Of a stretch of DNA of 64,000 nucleotides, positions 62,447-64,000 are shown in pieces. Numbering within the stretch: the first letter of the stretch is position 1; each line of letters starts with the position of its first letter. Origin of the DNA: Nanobdellota archaeon (GTDB lineage Archaea; Nanobdellota; Nanobdellia; Woesearchaeales; DATDXC01); NCBI GenBank assembly GCA_043818675.1, contig JBDRFR010000069.1:14877-78876 (forward strand). The letters run 5' to 3'. Under the pieces are notes generated by a model. That model saw nothing but the letters and a program-made list of their open reading frames with translations. It was not told the DNA's origin and made no database searches. A program made the translations under genes and the position numbers.

Positions 62447-62748
62447 TTACTAGCCTCAATCTTAAGTTGATTTTTGATCTCATTTAATTCACTGACCACT
62501 TTCTTAGTGACTTCTTTTTCACTCTTTTTTCTAATTTCATCCATGATATCCTTTCTTAATCTTGCAACCTCTGCAAGTTCTGGATACATCGATTTTAGCC
62601 AATTTTTTCTGGTAATGCTCCTAATCTTTTCACTAACGTCCATATAGTGCTCTTTTTCAGCGAGCTCTTTAAGTTTAGACAATAATGATTCAGGCATCCT
62701 TACAGAAACCAGGACATCACTCAAACAAATCACCCTTATCACAAACAC
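62443..62748 (-). CDS. small RHH/CopG-like DNA-binding protein (possible operon regulator; true start may be the internal Met)
   Basis: 'VRMPESLLSKLKELAEKEHYMDVSEKIRSITRKNW' shows a beta-strand plus two-helix RHH pattern. Its stop overlaps the start of the 1342-aa gene by 4 nt. Confidence 0.4.
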   Translation of the reverse strand: MFVIRVICLSDVLVSVRMPESLLSKLKELAEKEHYMDVSEKIRSITRKNWLKSMYPELAEVARLRKDIMDEIRKKSEKEVTKKVVSELNEIKNQLKIEASK

Positions 62749-63196
62749 TGTCTCTGGAAAATTCCCTGATAGCTTCAGCTCTGCTTTTATATACCCCTTT
62801 AGAAACCATATAATCCAGCCATTCCACTATTTCTTTTGACAATCTTATGTTAAAAATAGCCACTTTCATTTTGTATTCACAATGATATTTATTGTATGCC
62901 CCTTGTATTTTAATTAATCATTTAAATATTTTTCGGTATTATTACAAACGATTAGTTAAATTAAGAGATAATTTGTAATTGAAATAATACTTATATGTAT
63001 GTTATATGTAATTCAAATAAAGATTATATAAACCTTTTGATTTTAGATAAATTCCAACATATTAATCAAATTATTAATCAAATAAATAAATTAAGTAATT
63101 AATAAATCAGTTAATTATAATAAAAATTTTTCATATGAATATTGAAATTCATCAAATATACATAATTTTAAATATTAGATAACCCTAACAAGCTTA
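62749..63196. promoter_or_regulatory. divergent AT-rich intergenic region between the minus-strand surface-protein operon and the plus-strand genes
   Basis: About 450 nt, extremely AT-rich, with repeated 'aattaat/attaatcaaat' motifs. No ORF and no tRNA-like GC stems. Confidence 0.3.
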
Positions 63197-63532
63197 ATGA
63201 GCTTATCAACACGCGAACTGGAAGAAGACGAAACCAGGATTGATAATTTACTGCATAAAGTATTAAGCGCATCCCAGGCAATCGAAGATATAAATAGGCA
63301 GATAATCTCTTCAGAAGATTCCGGCAATTTTGATAAAGATTATGTCCTGGAACGAGCCAAAAAAACTGACATTTTAATTAAGACTGTAATTAACATCGTA
63401 ACTCTGGCAGATGATATTGACATAACCGATGAAACTCTAACTGAAGGGCTAAGAACAGAAACAAAAGAAAAGCTTAATCAGGCAATTAGGCTTATTTTAG
63501 ATGCAAAAAAATTTTTAGGCAAAGAGGAATAA
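63197..63532 (+). CDS. hypothetical acidic alpha-helical protein (111 aa)
   Basis: ORF with no recognisable motif. Diverges from the minus-strand operon across a ~450-nt AT-rich spacer. Confidence 0.3.
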   Translation: MSLSTRELEEDETRIDNLLHKVLSASQAIEDINRQIISSEDSGNFDKDYVLERAKKTDILIKTVINIVTLADDIDITDETLTEGLRTETKEKLNQAIRLILDAKKFLGKEE

Positions 63533-63584
63533 AAACATTTATATAGTACTATATCCAAAATAATTTTAAAGGGGGTGAAATAAT

Positions 63585-64000
63585 TTGAAGAAATTACAGT
63601 TAATTTTTGTTATGATTATTATTATGACAGCTGCAGTTCTTGCGCAGCCTGCAAAAATTAAAATTACTTCAAATCTGCATCCCAAATACATTATTGAAGA
63701 GATATGGAAAAAGCCCTACATTCTTTATTTTAACGTTGGCAAATTCTATTATAATGCTCAAGATTGGAACAAAGCCGAATGGATGTTTAAAAAAGCTATA
63801 GAACATAATCCGGATTTTGTTCCAGCATATCACAATTTAGGTACTGTTTATTATGAAAAAGGCAATTATGAACAGGCAGCTATTCAATTCAAGAAGGCAA
63901 CAGAAATTGACCCGGAATATTTAAAAGCATACTACTCAGCCGGCATTTTACATTTTAAAAATGGCAATTTTGATAAAGCAATCGATAATTTTCTGACTGT
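63585..64000 (+). CDS. secreted TPR-repeat protein, partial (runs off the right edge; putative TTG start)
   Basis: GGGGGTG at 63571..63577, then TTG at 63585. Signal peptide 'LIFVMIIIMTAAVLAQPA'. TPR-like 34-aa repeats 'AEWMFKKAIEHNPDFVPAYHNLGTVYYEKGNYEQAAIQFKKATEIDPEYLKAYYSAGILHFKNGNFDKA'. Confidence 0.5.
   Translation, partial: MKKLQLIFVMIIIMTAAVLAQPAKIKITSNLHPKYIIEEIWKKPYILYFNVGKFYYNAQDWNKAEWMFKKAIEHNPDFVPAYHNLGTVYYEKGNYEQAAIQFKKATEIDPEYLKAYYSAGILHFKNGNFDKAIDNFLT

Overview
AT-rich archaeal chromosomal segment. Archaeal identity is supported by a histone-fold protein, aIF5A, aRF1, ribosomal protein L40e and an RFC subunit. The proteins are S/N/T-rich and sequon-dense, which would fit a DPANN-like symbiont, but that is a guess.

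The window is dominated by one uninterrupted 36,297-nt ORF (7519..43815, + strand, 12,098 aa). It encodes a modular surface giant with these parts in order:
- N-terminal signal anchor.
- About 11 LamG/ConA-like lectin domains.
- Many FG-GAP beta-propeller blades arranged in at least 7 mega-repeats of 1.8-4 kb.
- A Gly-rich beta-helix-like region, an F5/8-type-C (discoidin) domain, CARDB/DUF11-like Ig domains and several near-identical tandem repeat families.
- A poly-Gly hinge, two beta-sandwich domains, one C-terminal TM helix and a cytoplasmic HerA/FtsK-superfamily P-loop ATPase domain.

Two observations stand out.
- First, a Hint/intein-like insertion (about 12859..14130) sits inside the giant gene. 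Its central region, where a homing endonuclease would normally be, encodes on the opposite strand a toxin-antitoxin cassette (two RHH-like antitoxins plus a RelE/ParE-like toxin). The giant reading frame stays open across it.
- Second, the TM + HerA-like ATPase module recurs as a standalone 774-aa gene (56097..58421, - strand). That gene is translationally coupled to a 1342-aa surface protein, and the 1342-aa protein shares a Cys-rich N-domain with a 751-aa membrane protein on the other side of the giant gene. This suggests an undescribed system of surface adhesin plus membrane ATPase, present once fused and once split.

The locus also carries four tandem paralogous secreted ~245-aa proteins under a wHTH regulator, a small MNT-type nucleotidyltransferase / PD-(D/E)xK nuclease island, a tandem pair of Tfx-like HTH genes, a partial GHKL/Hsp90-like ATPase at the left edge, and a housekeeping block (rfcL, aRF1, histone, aIF5A, L40e, S2P protease, rhomboid).

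No CRISPR array, rRNA or tRNA was recognised.
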